The position numbers and the translations under genes were made by a program. The notes under the pieces were generated by a model, which worked only from the letters and a program-made list of their open reading frames with translations, had not been told where the DNA came from and made no database searches. A stretch of DNA of 64,000 nucleotides from Alphaproteobacteria bacterium (GTDB lineage Bacteria; Pseudomonadota; Alphaproteobacteria; SHVV01): assembly GCA_965261735.1 (NCBI GenBank), contig OZ253470.1:800001-864000 (forward strand), given 5' to 3'. Numbering within the stretch: position 1 is the first letter of the stretch; each line of letters starts with the position of its first letter. Shown here in pieces: positions 29,850 through 41,378 of the stretch.

Positions 29850-32555
29850 TCAGTCGCCCTCGCCGTCGGCGAGCGCCTTCAACCGGTAGACGAGCTCGAG
29901 GGCGGTGCGTGGCGTCAGCTCGTCGGGGCGGACCTCGCCGAGTGCTTCGGCCACGGCCGAGGGCACGCTCGCGGGCCGCTCGACCGCCGCCGTGAACAGC
30001 GGTAGATCATCGGCGAGGCGCACCAATGCACCGGCCTGCTCGCTCTCTTCGAGCAGCGCCAGAATCTCTTCCGCGCGCGCAATGACCGCGGCCGGCAGCC
30101 CGGCGAGCCGCGCCACCTGCACACCGTACGAACCCTCGGCGACGCCCGGCGCCACCTCGTGCAGGAACACGACCTGACCGCCCCACTCCTTGACCCGCAC
30201 GGTGTGGCAGGACAGACCGGGTAGCTTGGCCGCGAGCGCCGTGAGCTCGTGGTAGTGGGTCGCGAACAGTCCGCGGCACTTGTTGACGTCGTGCAAGTGC
30301 TCGAGGCTCGCCCACGCGAGCGACAGCCCGTCGTAGGTGGCCGTGCCGCGGCCGATCTCGTCGAGGATGACGAGCGCGCGCGGGCCGGCCTGGTTGAGGA
30401 TCGTCGCCGTCTCGATCATCTCGACGAGGAATGTCGAGCGCCCGCGGGCCAGGTCGTCGGCGGCGCCGACGCGGCTGAACAGGCGATCGACGATACCGAT
30501 GTGGGCCGCTTGCGCGGGTACGAACGAGCCCATCTGTGCGAGCACGGCGATGAGCGCGTTCTGGCGCAGAAAGGTGCTCTTCCCCGCCATGTTGGGTCCG
30601 GTCACGAGCCATAGCCGTTGATCCGCCGACAGCCCACACCGGTTGGCGACGAAGGCGCCGGCGGGGGCCTCCTCGAGCGCGGCCTCGACGATGGCGTGGC
30701 GGCCGCCGGTGATCTCGAACGTGGCGCTATCGTCGACGACCGGGCGCACGTAGCCGCGCTCCTCGGCGAGCTCGGCAAGCGCCGAAGCGACGTCGAGGGC
30801 GGCGAGAGCGCCGGCGGTCGTGGCGATGTCATCGCCGCGCGCCGTGACCTCGCCGACCAAGTCCTCGAACATCGCGAGCTCGACCGCGAGCGCCTGGTCG
30901 GCGGCCCGGGCGATGCGGCCCTCGAGCTCGCCGAGTTCGACGCTGCTGTAGCGCACGGCGCTCGCCATGGTCTGGCGATGGATGAAGATCGCGCAGTTGA
31001 CGCCGATCTTGTCGGCCTGTGCGGCCGTGACCTCGATGTAATAGCCGAGCACGTGATTGTGGCGGATCTTGAGGCTGGCGATGCCCGCCTCCTCGCCGTA
31101 GCGGCGCTCCAGGGCCGCGACGAGGCGGCGGCTCTCGTCGCGCAGCATGCGCAGTTCGTCGAGCTCGGGTCGGTATCCGGGCGCAATGAAGCCGCCGTCG
31201 CGCACGCTCAGCGGCAGATCGGGTCCGAGCGCGCGCCCTAGGCGGTCGGCGAGCGCCTCATGGTGGCCGAGGTCGCGGGCGAGCCTCGCGATTCCGGCGC
31301 CTGGGCCGGCAAGGCCGCCGGCCGACAACGGCTGTTTGAGGGCCGCCGAGCGCGCCAGCGCATCGCGGATCGCACCGAGGTCGCGCGGACCACCGCGGCC
31401 CAGCGTCAGGCGCGAGGCCGAGCGCTCGATGTCGGGACAGCGCTTGAGGACCGCGCGCACCTCGGCGCGCAGGCCGGCCTCGTCGTGGAAGAGCTGCACG
31501 ATGTCGAGGCGCTCGTTGATCGCCTCGGGGTCGGTGAGCGGGGCGGCGAGGCGCTCTGCAAGGAGGCGTGCACCGGCGCTCGTCAAGGTGCGATCGATCA
31601 CGCCGAGCACACTGGTGCGCCGACCGCCCGCGAGGTCCTGCACCAGCTCGAGGTTGCGCCGGGTCGCGGCGTCGATGACCATCAGCGAACCTTGGGCGAT
31701 GCGCGCCGGCGGGCTGAGGCGCGGCAGGCGGCCCTTTTGCGTCTGCTCGACGTAGTCGATAAGCGCGCCCAGCGCCGCCACCTCGGCGCGGCCGAAGCTG
31801 CCGAAGGCATCGAGCGCGGCGACCCCATAGACCTCGCACACGCGGCGGGCGCCGTCGCGGCTATCGAAGCGGTGGGCGGGGAGCGGCGTCACCGCCGACT
31901 CCCACTCCTTCAGTATGCCGCCCGGATCGTGGTCGCCAAGCAGGGACTCCGAGATCAGGATTTCTCCCGGCGCGAGGCGCGCGACCTCGGCGCCGATGCC
32001 GTCGGCCGCGACCGCCATGACCTCGATATCGCCCGTTGAGATGTCGATCCAGGCGAGCGCGTCTTCGCCGCCGACCCGCGCCATGGCGGCTAGATAGTTG
32101 TGCCGCCGGGCGTCGAGCAGCGTGTCCTCGGTGAGGGTCCCCGCGGTCACGAGGCGGTTGACCTCGCGCCGTACCACGGACTTGTTGCCGCGCTTGCGGG
32201 CGGCCGCCGGATCCTCCGTCTGCTCGCACACGGCGACCTTGAACCCCTTGCGGATGAGCCGCTCGAGGTAGGCCTCGGCCGCATGAACCGGCACGCCGCA
32301 CATCGGGATGTCGGCGCCTTCATGCTTGCCGCGGCGGGTGAGCGCGATGTCGAGGGCGGCCGCGGCACGCACCGCATCGTCGAAGAACATCTCGTAGAAG
32401 TCGCCCATGCGATAGAACAGCAGGCTGTCGGGATGTTCCGCCTTGATGCCCAGATACTGCGCCATCATGGGCGACGCACCGGCCGTCGGCGCGTCATCGC
32501 GCGCCTCGGTGCGCGGCGGGGGGCGGGAAGATTCGTGCCGGACGCTCGAAGGCAT
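29850..32555 (-). CDS. mutS: DNA mismatch repair protein MutS
   Basis: [32 protein letters not shown] and ATHYHEL motifs; start uncertain. Confidence 0.98.
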   Translation of the reverse strand: MPSSVRHESSRPPPRTEARDDAPTAGASPMMAQYLGIKAEHPDSLLFYRMGDFYEMFFDDAVRAAAALDIALTRRGKHEGADIPMCGVPVHAAEAYLERLIRKGFKVAVCEQTEDPAAARKRGNKSVVRREVNRLVTAGTLTEDTLLDARRHNYLAAMARVGGEDALAWIDISTGDIEVMAVAADGIGAEVARLAPGEILISESLLGDHDPGGILKEWESAVTPLPAHRFDSRDGARRVCEVYGVAALDAFGSFGRAEVAALGALIDYVEQTQKGRLPRLSPPARIAQGSLMVIDAATRRNLELVQDLAGGRRTSVLGVIDRTLTSAGARLLAERLAAPLTDPEAINERLDIVQLFHDEAGLRAEVRAVLKRCPDIERSASRLTLGRGGPRDLGAIRDALARSAALKQPLSAGGLAGPGAGIARLARDLGHHEALADRLGRALGPDLPLSVRDGGFIAPGYRPELDELRMLRDESRRLVAALERRYGEEAGIASLKIRHNHVLGYYIEVTAAQADKIGVNCAIFIHRQTMASAVRYSSVELGELEGRIARAADQALAVELAMFEDLVGEVTARGDDIATTAGALAALDVASALAELAEERGYVRPVVDDSATFEITGGRHAIVEAALEEAPAGAFVANRCGLSADQRLWLVTGPNMAGKSTFLRQNALIAVLAQMGSFVPAQAAHIGIVDRLFSRVGAADDLARGRSTFLVEMIETATILNQAGPRALVILDEIGRGTATYDGLSLAWASLEHLHDVNKCRGLFATHYHELTALAAKLPGLSCHTVRVKEWGGQVVFLHEVAPGVAEGSYGVQVARLAGLPAAVIARAEEILALLEESEQAGALVRLADDLPLFTAAVERPASVPSAVAEALGEVRPDELTPRTALELVYRLKALADGEGD

Positions 32556-32766
32556 CGCGGCCACTATAACCCATCGATCCGCGGCGCGGCGCAACCGCGT
32601 CGCCGACACGGCCGGCGCAAGTCGTTTGCCGCCGTGCGGCATTGTCGTTAGTCTCGTCCTCACGTGGAGTCGACACCCGACGCATCATCCGATGCACAGT
32701 GCGGCCCGCATCACGCCTCGATGTCATTATGAGCCCCCTCCCGTAGCTCCAACGCGGACATACCCC

Positions 32767-35085
32767 ATGACTACTAGCCGACTAATCATCGACGATGAAG
32801 ACGCCCTTCTGTTCCACTCGCAGGGCTCCCCCGGCAAGATCTCCATTGCCCCGACCAAGCCGCTGACCACGCAGCGCGATCTGTCGCTCGCCTACTCGCC
32901 GGGAGTCGCGGTGCCCTGCCTGCGCATCGCCGACGATCCGAGCCTCGCCTACGAGTACACGGCCAAGGGCAACCTCGTCGCCGTGATCTCCAACGGAACC
33001 GCGGTGCTCGGCCTCGGCAACCTCGGCGCCTTGGCCTCAAAGCCGGTGATGGAAGGCAAGGCCGTGCTGTTCAAGCGCTTTGCCGACATCGACGCCATCG
33101 ACCTCGAGGTCGACACGACCGACGTCGACGCGTTCGTCGACAGCGTGCGCTATCTCGGCAAGAGCTTCTCAGGCATCAATCTCGAGGACATCCGGGCGCC
33201 GGAGTGCTTCATCATCGAGCAGCGGCTGCGCGAGCTCATGGACATTCCGGTCTTCCACGACGATCAGCACGGCACCGCCATCATCGTGTGCGCGGCGCTG
33301 CTCAATGCCCTCGACCTCACCGGGCGCGACATTGCCGAGACCAGGGTAGTCGTCAACGGCGCCGGCGCCGCCGGAATCGCCTGTCTCGAGCTCGCCAAGA
33401 GCATCGGTATAAGGAACGAGAACGCGCTGCTGTGCGACCGTAAGGGCGTGATCCACAAGGACCGGGACGGCCTCAACCAATGGAAGTCGGCGCACGCGGC
33501 CGAGACGGATCTGCGCACCCTCGAACAGGCGATGAAGGGCGCCGACGTGTTCCTCGGCGTATCCGCCAAGGGGGCCGTCACCGCGGAGATGGTCGCCGGC
33601 ATGGCGGATCAGCCGATCATCTTCGCCATGGCCAACCCCGACCCAGAGATCGCGCCCGAGGAAGTGGCCGCGGTGCGCGACGACGCCATCATGGCGACCG
33701 GGCGTTCGGACTATCCTAACCAGGTCAACAATGTGCTCGGCTTTCCCTACATCTTCCGCGGCGCCATCGACGCGCGCGCCACCACCTTCAACGAGGAGAT
33801 GAAGATCGCCGCGGCGCGGGCCTTGGCGGCGCTCGCCCGCGAAGAGGTGCCCGAAGAGGCGGCGGCGGCCTATGGCGGCGTCCAGCTCCACTATGGCCCG
33901 GAGTACATCATCCCGGTGCCTTTCGATCCGCGCCTGATCTCCCACGTGCCGCCCGCCGTGGCCCAGGCCGCGATGGACTCGGGCGTCGCGCGCCGGCCGA
34001 TCACGGACATGGAGACGTACAAGCACGAGCTGCGCTCGCGCCTCGATCCCATCGCCGGCACGCTGGAGCTCGTTTTCAAGGAGGTGCGCGCCAACCCCCG
34101 GCGCATGGTGTTCGCGGAGGGCGAGGACGAGAAAACCATTCGCGCCGCGCTCGCCTACCACGACAACGGCTTCGGAACCGCTGTGCTGATCGGCCGTGAA
34201 CAAAACGTGCACGAGACCATAGCGGAGACGGGCCTCAAGGGGACCGAGGCGCTCGAAGTTCACAACGCCTCGCTGAGCGCCTCCAACGAGCGCTACATCG
34301 ACTTCCTCTATCGCCGCCTGCAGCGCGAGGGCGCGCTCTATCGCGACTGCCAGCGGCTGGTCAATAACGACCGCAACGTCTTCGCCGCCTGCATGGTGGC
34401 ATTGGGCGATGCGGATGCGCTGGTGACCGGACTGACCCGCAACTACTGGGCGGCCTACGACGACGTCCGCCGCGTGCTCGACCCGGAGCCGGGCAAGGTC
34501 GTGTTCGGCCTGTCGCTCATCATTGCCCGCGGCTCGGTCATCGTGGTTGCCGACACCGCCGTGCACGAACTGCCGAGCGCGGAGGAACTGGCCGCCATCA
34601 CCATCCAGGGCGCGGGCCTGATTCGCCGTTTGGGTCAGGAGCCGCGCGCCGCGCTGCTGTCGTTCTCCAACTTCGGCAACCCGACGCGCGCCCGCACCGA
34701 ACGCATCCGCGAGGCGGTGGCCCTGCTGGCGGCGCAGAAGGTCGACTTCGAGTACGACGGCGAGATGTCCGCCGACGTCGCCCTCGATCCCGAGTTGATG
34801 GCGCTCTATCCCTTCAGCCGCCTGTCGAAGCCGGCCAACGTGCTCATTATGCCCAGCCTGCACGCGGCCAACATCTCGTCCAAGCTCTTGCAGGCGCTGG
34901 GCGGTGGCACCGTCATCGGGCCGATGCTGACGGGCCTCGAGCACCCGGCGCAGATCGTGCTGATGGGAACCTCGGTCTCCAACATCATCAATATGGCCGC
35001 CTTTGCCGCCCACGACGCCAAGGCCGGCGCCGGGCGCGGCGCCAAGCGCGCGACAAAGCCGCGCAAGGCGGCACGCTCGCGCTGA
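32767..35085 (+). CDS. maeB: NADP-dependent malic enzyme with phosphotransacetylase-like domain
   Basis: [22 protein letters not shown] and [11 protein letters not shown] motifs; C-terminal PTA domain. Confidence 0.96.
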   Translation: MTTSRLIIDDEDALLFHSQGSPGKISIAPTKPLTTQRDLSLAYSPGVAVPCLRIADDPSLAYEYTAKGNLVAVISNGTAVLGLGNLGALASKPVMEGKAVLFKRFADIDAIDLEVDTTDVDAFVDSVRYLGKSFSGINLEDIRAPECFIIEQRLRELMDIPVFHDDQHGTAIIVCAALLNALDLTGRDIAETRVVVNGAGAAGIACLELAKSIGIRNENALLCDRKGVIHKDRDGLNQWKSAHAAETDLRTLEQAMKGADVFLGVSAKGAVTAEMVAGMADQPIIFAMANPDPEIAPEEVAAVRDDAIMATGRSDYPNQVNNVLGFPYIFRGAIDARATTFNEEMKIAAARALAALAREEVPEEAAAAYGGVQLHYGPEYIIPVPFDPRLISHVPPAVAQAAMDSGVARRPITDMETYKHELRSRLDPIAGTLELVFKEVRANPRRMVFAEGEDEKTIRAALAYHDNGFGTAVLIGREQNVHETIAETGLKGTEALEVHNASLSASNERYIDFLYRRLQREGALYRDCQRLVNNDRNVFAACMVALGDADALVTGLTRNYWAAYDDVRRVLDPEPGKVVFGLSLIIARGSVIVVADTAVHELPSAEELAAITIQGAGLIRRLGQEPRAALLSFSNFGNPTRARTERIREAVALLAAQKVDFEYDGEMSADVALDPELMALYPFSRLSKPANVLIMPSLHAANISSKLLQALGGGTVIGPMLTGLEHPAQIVLMGTSVSNIINMAAFAAHDAKAGAGRGAKRATKPRKAARSR

Positions 35086-35108
35086 CTCCGACGCGTCGTG
35101 CGCGCCGC

Positions 35109-35963
35109 TCAGTCCTCGGAAGTGGAGATCTCGGGCCGCTCGAAGTGGCGGCGGTACTTGTCGGCCACGCGGTCGATGGGCAGGAGGATGAACACGTCCG
35201 TGGTCGCGAACTGCTCGTCGACGACGGCGCCGTCGCCGACATAGGCACCGAGCCGGAGGTACCCCTTGATCAACGGCGACAGCGCGCGGTGCGCCGCGCG
35301 CTGGTCGAGGTCGGCGCGAGCGATGACGTTCATCTCGACGTGACGGTCGGGCACGGCGCGGATCCTGAGCGGCGGCGGCGCCAGAAACTCGTGATAGAGG
35401 TAGGCGAGCGGAATGCAGTGGGCGCTCACGTCGGTGCCCATCAGGCTCGCACAGCCAAACAGATACTTAATGTCGTGGGCCGCGATGTAGCCCGCCAGGC
35501 CACGCCACAGCAGTTGGATGGTGGCGTTGGTACGATAGTCGGGATCAACGCAGCTGCGCCCGAGCTCGAGCAGCTCGTTGGGCCGCGCCAGCGCGAGCAA
35601 CGGCGCCAAGTCGTACTCCCCGGCCGAATAGAATCCGCCGGCCCGAGCCGCCACCTGCTGGCGTAGCAGCCGGTACGTGCCGACCACCGATTCTTGCGCC
35701 GGCCTGTCGTGGTCGATGACCAGGAGGTGATCGCACAGCAGATCGAAATCATCGAAGTCGCGGCGCTCGGCCGCCATCACCGCACTCGCCGAGGCGCCCA
35801 TCTCCTCGTAGAAGACGCGGTAGCGCAGCGCCTGCGCGGCCGCGATATCCGCCGCATCCTGGGTCAAGCGCACCTCGAGTCGCCCGCTCGCCGTGAACAA
35901 CGACTGCGGCGTGCGCTCGGGGCCGAGGCGCATTATGGCGCCGATCATCGCGGTGCTTTGCAT
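35109..35963 (-). CDS. GNAT-like N-acyltransferase, OlsB (ornithine lipid) type
   Basis: AQALRYRVFYEE, VVGTYRLL, ELGRSCV and LIKGYLRLGA motifs. Confidence 0.85.
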   Translation of the reverse strand: MQSTAMIGAIMRLGPERTPQSLFTASGRLEVRLTQDAADIAAAQALRYRVFYEEMGASASAVMAAERRDFDDFDLLCDHLLVIDHDRPAQESVVGTYRLLRQQVAARAGGFYSAGEYDLAPLLALARPNELLELGRSCVDPDYRTNATIQLLWRGLAGYIAAHDIKYLFGCASLMGTDVSAHCIPLAYLYHEFLAPPPLRIRAVPDRHVEMNVIARADLDQRAAHRALSPLIKGYLRLGAYVGDGAVVDEQFATTDVFILLPIDRVADKYRRHFERPEISTSED

Positions 35964-36177
35964 GCGTCCTCGATTGTCTCCCGGTCGTTCGCGAATGCGG
36001 AATGAATCAGCGTCGCCCGGCGTCGGCTAGGCTTCTTCTGCCCGGACACGCCAACACCGCCAGGGATTCCTGACGGTGTCGTTTTTCAGGCATCTCGCCC
36101 GAATGCGCCGGGCGGACGAAGGTCCGCGCCAGGCACGCCGCTATCGTGCTGAGCCCCCTACAGATACGAGCCGGCGC

Positions 36178-36360
36178 TCAACCGGCTATGTCACCCTTGA
36201 TGACCGGCACCGGGGTGATTGGCGGCGTCGTGGAGACGACCGGGAACGGCTTGATCGTCTCGGCGGTCTGGTAGAGGCCAAGACAACCGCCCCCGGCATA
36301 CGCGGATGTCGCAAACGCGATGGCCACAATCGCGACCACAGCGGCACCTAGCTTGCCCAT
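36178..36360 (-). CDS. Small (60 aa) putative secreted protein
   Basis: GGAG RBS, ATG, signal peptide MGKLGAAVVAIVAIAFATSAYA, Pro/Thr-rich tail. Confidence 0.55.
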   Translation of the reverse strand: MGKLGAAVVAIVAIAFATSAYAGGGCLGLYQTAETIKPFPVVSTTPPITPVPVIKGDIAG

Positions 36361-36419
36361 GACGTCCGCTCCCTTGGGTACTGAACGGTGGCGAAGTCTA
36401 GCCTGCCGCAGGGGGGCGG

Positions 36420-36962
36420 TCAATTTCCATGTGGCGGCGGCCGCAGGCACCTGTTTTGGGCAACAATTGCGCGCGTGGCCTGGTAGGCGTCACGGCCGAA
36501 ACAAGCGAAGATCACGGATTCGGGTGTGGCGTGCGCGACGAGGAAGCTGCGGACCACGGCAACCGCCACGCGCGTCGCGCGCTCGAACGGGAAGCCGTAG
36601 GCGCCGGTGCTGATCGAGGGAAACGCGATGGTGCGGGCGCCGTGGCCGGCCGCGAGTTCGAGCGAGGTTCGATAGCAGGCGGCGAGCAGCGTGTCCTCGT
36701 GCTGACCGCCGCCGCGCCACACCGGACCCACCGTATGGATGACATAGCGCGCCCTGAGGTTGTGCCCGGCCGTGATACGCGCCTCGCCGGTGGGGCAGCC
36801 GCCGAGGCCGCGGCACTCCTCGAGCAGCCCCGGCCCGGCGGCGCGGTGAATGGCACCGTCGACGCCGCCCCCGCCGAGCAGCGAGGTGTTCGCCGCATTG
36901 ACGATGGCGTCGACCGCCTGGGCCGCGATGTCGCCCTCGACGACCTTCAGCCGCTCGCGCAT
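36420..36962 (-). CDS. Macrodomain O-acetyl-ADP-ribose deacetylase (YmdB-like)
   Basis: [29 protein letters not shown] and ISTGAYGFP motifs. Confidence 0.93.
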   Translation of the reverse strand: MRERLKVVEGDIAAQAVDAIVNAANTSLLGGGGVDGAIHRAAGPGLLEECRGLGGCPTGEARITAGHNLRARYVIHTVGPVWRGGGQHEDTLLAACYRTSLELAAGHGARTIAFPSISTGAYGFPFERATRVAVAVVRSFLVAHATPESVIFACFGRDAYQATRAIVAQNRCLRPPPHGN

Positions 36963-37109
36963 GGCTTTCCCCGGCACCGCCATTCATCCCTCACTGCGAG
37001 CACCGAGAGGAGACCACATGATGACACGTCGTTCCACCGAAGCGGGCCTCGCGGGCAACCTTAATACGGGCCTCTTGCCGCCGGCGGGGTCGCGGATATG
37101 CTTGAGGTC

Positions 37110-37796
37110 ATGGACCTGAACGCCGATTTGTCGTGGCGCGCCGCCATGCATGGCGCGGTGCTCGCCTGGGCCGCCTCTCCGATCGCGGGCGTCGAGCGGC
37201 GCATGCTCGACCGGATCGGCGGCGAGGTCGCGCGCGCCACCACGATCGTCCGCTACGCGCCCCGATCCCAGTTCTCCCCGCATGTGCACGGCGGCGGTGA
37301 GGAGTTCCTCGTGCTGGAGGGAGTTTTTCAAGACGAGCACGATGATTTCCCCCCTGGCACCTATGTTCGCAACCCGCCGCAGTCACGACATACGCCGGGC
37401 TCCGAGGCCGGATGCGTGATTTTCGTCAAGCTGTGGCAGTTCGATCCGGACGACCGGATGAGCGTACGCATCGATACCGACGAGAGGGCGTCGCGGCCCG
37501 CGCCGGGTCGGCCGGGCGTCGCGACGATGCCCCTGTTCCGGGACTCGCGCGAGGACGTGCGCCTCGAAACATGGTCGCCCGGCGCGAGCATCTCGCTCGA
37601 GGCGCCGCGCGGGCTGGAACTCTTCGTGCTCGATGGATCGTTCACCGAGGGCAGCGAGACCTTCTCCGGTCTCTCATGGCTGCGCCTGCCGGCACCAAGC
37701 TCGTTGAGCGCCCAGGCGGGAGCCGACGGCTGCCGGCTATGGGCCAAGAGCGGGCATCTCGTTGCCGGCCCCCGGCACGCGCCGCGCCCGCGATGA
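37110..37796 (+). CDS. ChrR-like tandem cupin protein
   Basis: GVERRMLDRIGGEVARAT, FSPHVHGGGEEFLVLEG and FVKLWQF motifs. Confidence 0.9.
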   Translation: MDLNADLSWRAAMHGAVLAWAASPIAGVERRMLDRIGGEVARATTIVRYAPRSQFSPHVHGGGEEFLVLEGVFQDEHDDFPPGTYVRNPPQSRHTPGSEAGCVIFVKLWQFDPDDRMSVRIDTDERASRPAPGRPGVATMPLFRDSREDVRLETWSPGASISLEAPRGLELFVLDGSFTEGSETFSGLSWLRLPAPSSLSAQAGADGCRLWAKSGHLVAGPRHAPRPR

Positions 37797-38004
37797 CGCC
37801 GTGCCCGGTTTGCGCGGCGCCCAGATGCACGGACCTTCCTGTCGTATGAGGGCCACGAGCTGGTCGAATGCCGCGACTGCGGCCTCGTCTTTCTCGACCC
37901 GATGCCGGCGGCCGAGGCGCTGGCCGCCCTCTACCACGACGCCTACGACGGCGCGCAGGCCGGCTATTTCGGCAAGGTCGGCGCCAAGATGCGGCGCTCC
38001 CGGC
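37793..38004 (+). pseudogene. 5' stub of a Zn-ribbon/class I SAM methyltransferase-type gene, frameshifted and cut by ISKra4
   Basis: MTPCPVC, then a shifted frame gives YEGHELVECRDCGLVFLDPMPAAEALAALYHDAY; ends at the IS inverted repeat at 38005. Confidence 0.65.
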
Positions 38005-39657
38005 GGGTGTAGGTCTGGTATGGAAAATCCAAGTCATTGATTTAGTGCGTTTTTGTGTCGAGACGAACGGCCGAAAACGGCTATTCGTGACAATGGGCCG
38101 CTCCAAGGCAGGATTTTGTCACGACGGCAGGGTCGAGCAGGGGAAGGTGGGAACGCTCCGCACCGCCAGAAGCGGTACGATGCCGTGTCTCGAAACCCAA
38201 CATCGGGGGCATTCCCATGGCAGTATCCCCGCCTCCGGCGCCTTCGTCCATCGATCTTTCCGGCCTGCCTCCTCGGGTCGTCGAGGCGGCCGCCCGGGTG
38301 CTCGCACTGTGTCGCGAGGAGCTTCGTTCCGAGCCGCGCCCCGAGGTGCCCGAGGAGGTCGAGTTGCGGGTGCGTGAGGCCACGAACGAGTTCGCTCGCG
38401 ATGTCATGGGCGCCGTCATCGAGAACCGGGACGATGGCGCTTCCCGGATCGAGCGGGACGGGCAGAGCTGGTTCCGGGTCGCGGTGACGCCGAAGACGAT
38501 CATGACCTCGCTCGGTCCGGTGACCTACCGGCGAGCGCGTTACCGCAGCGGCGCGAGCGGGGCATCGCCGGTGCCGGTCGACGAGAGCCTGGGCCTCGTC
38601 GACGATTACCTGACGCGGCCGGCGGCCGAGCTCGGTCTGCTGATGATGGGTCACTGCACGGCCCGGGAAGCGGCGGCGTTCTTTGCGAAGACCGGCGCCA
38701 TGACGCCGTCGGTGAGCACCCTGCAGCGCCTGACCCTGAGCATGCACGAATGCTGGGAGAGCCTCGGCCCGGAGACGCTGGGCAGCATCCGTGAGGCCGA
38801 GGGCATACCGCAGGACGCGACCACCGCCTCGGTCTCCCTCGACGGCGTCATGGTGCCGCTGAGACCCGGCGAGGACGGTCGCGCCAAGGCCTCCTTGCGC
38901 GAGGCCGCCTGCGGCACGGTCTCCTTCCACGACGCCGAGGGCAAGCGCCTGAAGACCCTCTATCCCGGCCGCATGCCGGAGAGCGGCAAGCTCACGCTGA
39001 AGGCGCAGCTTGCAAGCGAAGTCGCACACATCAGGCGAGCACGCCCCGAGATCGGGATCGTCGCTATCGCCGATGGCGCCGCCGACAACTGGACCTTCCT
39101 GGAGACCCTGTCGCCCGAAACCGAGGTGATCGACTTCTGGCATGCTTGCGAACATCTGCAAACCGCGTCCGACCATGCCGTGGCGCCCGGCTGGTTCGAG
39201 AAGTACCGCGAGATCCTCCGTCACGATCCCCGTGGCGTCGCCAAGGTGATCCGGGCGCTGCGCCACCTTCGCGATGCCGCCGCTGCGCCGGACCGGGCCG
39301 AGACCGAGCGGGAACTCGCCTTCTTCCGCAAGCATCGCCATCGCATGCGCTACCACGCCCTGAAGGAAGAGGGCATCGCCATCGGCTCAGGCGTGGTCGA
39401 GGCTGCCAACAAGACCCTGGTGACACAGCAAATGAAGCGCTCCGGCATGTGCTGGCGGATCGTCGGCGGACAGGCTGTTCTGACCTTCCGCGCCCTGATC
39501 AAATCCGGCCGCTTCGAGCGCGCATGGAAGGCCCTGATCAGCGCAACCGACACACCGGCCAACGACAACATCAGTCCACGTGCAGCAGCCATGGCAATCG
39601 CTGCCTGAACTCAACGAACCAAGCCGCAGACATCACTGCCATGCGAGACTCGCACCC
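38005..39657 (+). mobile_element. ISKra4-family insertion sequence
   Basis: Imperfect IRs GGGTGTAGGTCTGGTATGG / rc GGGTGCGAGTCTCGCATGG (14/19) around one transposase; no target duplication. Confidence 0.8.
38217..39608 (+). CDS. ISKra4-family (UPF0236-like) DDE transposase
   Basis: VSLDGVMV, IADGAADNW, IDFWHACEHL, IGSGVVEAANK and MKRSGMxW motifs. Confidence 0.88.
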   Translation: MAVSPPPAPSSIDLSGLPPRVVEAAARVLALCREELRSEPRPEVPEEVELRVREATNEFARDVMGAVIENRDDGASRIERDGQSWFRVAVTPKTIMTSLGPVTYRRARYRSGASGASPVPVDESLGLVDDYLTRPAAELGLLMMGHCTAREAAAFFAKTGAMTPSVSTLQRLTLSMHECWESLGPETLGSIREAEGIPQDATTASVSLDGVMVPLRPGEDGRAKASLREAACGTVSFHDAEGKRLKTLYPGRMPESGKLTLKAQLASEVAHIRRARPEIGIVAIADGAADNWTFLETLSPETEVIDFWHACEHLQTASDHAVAPGWFEKYREILRHDPRGVAKVIRALRHLRDAAAAPDRAETERELAFFRKHRHRMRYHALKEEGIAIGSGVVEAANKTLVTQQMKRSGMCWRIVGGQAVLTFRALIKSGRFERAWKALISATDTPANDNISPRAAAMAIAA

Positions 39658-39731
39658 TTTCCATCCCGCACATAGGCTGCGCGTTCACACAAACCTAGGA
39701 ACGCTATTTCGGACGTTTCATGAGGTGCCAT
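39658..39731 (-). pseudogene. 5' stub of an unknown gene truncated by ISKra4
   Basis: AAGGGGAAT RBS then ATG, MAPHETSEIAFLGLCERAAYVRDG, running into the IS end. Confidence 0.4.
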
Positions 39732-40442
39732 ATTCCCCTTGCGCATCGTGTAGCCGACCCATATGCCTCAACGAGAGCCCGCCGTTAGCTCAGCCTGCCC
39801 GGGCCGCCCTATGTACCGCACCTATTCTATCTACTGGGCCATTCTATCTACCGGAACCATTCTATCATGAAATTTTCACACCTCGACACATGTGGTATTT
39901 TTCCTGAAATGTTCTCACAATATGTGCTCGTTCGGAGGTAGGAGATGGCTAACGTCGTGTCCATGATGTGGTCGGTATTACGTGTGGCGGTGTATTTGCC
40001 CTTGTGCGCGCGAAGGACCAGGATCAGTTAGCAAGGCTCGTCGAAGCAATCGGCGGCGCCCTTGGCGGTTGGGCGGCGAGCAGGCTGCCTGACATCATTG
40101 ATCCCCCTCTCCACCCACACCACCGGAGCTTCGGACATGGAGTGTTGCCCTGCGGTTCGCTCGCGATGCTCTACGCTCAAAACCTGGGGTCGTTGCAGCA
40201 ATCGTTGCGGGCTGCGGCGGACAAACACTCGGTAGCGGCGGAGCAGTGCCAAGGAGTCGAGGAAGGCGCCATCAACGCGATCATGGAATTGGTTTTTCGG
40301 TTGGCGGCAGGCTTTGTAGCGGGCGCCGGGGCCGGCTACCTCTCTCACCTCGTGCTGGATGCGAAAACTCCAATGAGCTTTGAGGTGGCCTCGGTTTGTC
40401 GGACAGCTTGGCGGCTTGATTAAGGTGTATTCCAGTTGTCGT

Positions 40443-41378
40443 TCATGCCGCCAGAATCCCTTTGCATCGATCTCCTTGCCGTTGTTGTTGCGCCTGTGGG
40501 GATGTGGGCAAGGCGCGTAGCGGCTTGTCCATCATATCCACAGGCGGGGCGCCGCGGTAGGCCTCGGCCGGCGTTTCCCCCCCGAGCGCCGAGTGCGGCC
40601 TCTCGGTGTTGTAGAAGTCGATCCACTCGCCGATGACGCGCCGGGCCTCGAAGCCGTCGGCGAGCTCGCGCAGATAGACGGCCTCGTATTTGAGCGAGCG
40701 CCACAGCCGCTCAATGAAGATGTTGTCCAGGCACCGGCCCCTGCCGTCCATCGAGATCCGGATGCCGGTCTCCCGCAAGCGCCCGGTGAAGGCGAAGCCG
40801 GTGAACTGGCTGCCCTGGTCGGTATTGAAGATCTCCGGCGTGCCATGGCGGGCCAGCGCCTCGTCGAGCGCGTCTGTGCAGAAGCCCGCATCCAGGGTGT
40901 TCGACAGACGCCAAGCCAGCACATGCCGGTTGGCCCAGTCCATGATCGCCACCAGGTAAAGAAAGCCGCGCCGCACCGGGATGTAGGTGATGTCGGCGCA
41001 CCAGACATGGTTCGCCCGCTCGATCGTCAAGCCTCTGAGCAGATAGGGGTAGACCCGGTGCTCGGGATGCGGATCGCTGGTGCGCGGCGCCCGATAGATC
41101 GCCTGAAGCCCCATCAGGCGCATCAGACGACCGGCCCGGCGACGACCGACGCGCACGCCCTCGCGGCGTAGATGACGGACCATCTGACGGGCGCCGTAGA
41201 ACGGATACTTCAGGAACAACTCATCAATGCGCCGCATCAGCGCCAGGGTCTCCGGGCTCTCGCCCTTGGGCGTGTAATAGAGCGAGGAGCGTCCGATCGA
41301 CAGCAAACGGCATTGACGGCTCAAGCTCAGCGCCGGGTGAGCGCGTATCACCATCGTTCGCCTCTCGGCCCGGCTCAT
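40443..41378 (-). CDS. IS3-family transposase OrfB (DDE)
   Basis: WCADITY, NTDQGSQF, DNIFIERLWRSLKYE and YNTERPHSAL motifs. Confidence 0.93.
   Translation of the reverse strand: MSRAERRTMVIRAHPALSLSRQCRLLSIGRSSLYYTPKGESPETLALMRRIDELFLKYPFYGARQMVRHLRREGVRVGRRRAGRLMRLMGLQAIYRAPRTSDPHPEHRVYPYLLRGLTIERANHVWCADITYIPVRRGFLYLVAIMDWANRHVLAWRLSNTLDAGFCTDALDEALARHGTPEIFNTDQGSQFTGFAFTGRLRETGIRISMDGRGRCLDNIFIERLWRSLKYEAVYLRELADGFEARRVIGEWIDFYNTERPHSALGGETPAEAYRGAPPVDMMDKPLRALPTSPQAQQQRQGDRCKGILAA

Noticed and set aside
13168-35963. olsA-like and olsB-like genes 21 kb apart as an unusual arrangement
   Set aside because: Unlinked olsA and olsB are known in several Alphaproteobacteria, and the olsA assignment is itself uncertain.
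36420-37796. Macrodomain plus cupin as an ADP-ribosylation toxin-antitoxin or defence system
   Set aside because: Standard YmdB-like macrodomain with no ADP-ribosyltransferase or sirtuin partner; the genes are divergent and both common.
39820-39870. Possible mini-CRISPR array
   Set aside because: Repeats are 8-11 nt with 6-10 nt spacers; no cas genes.
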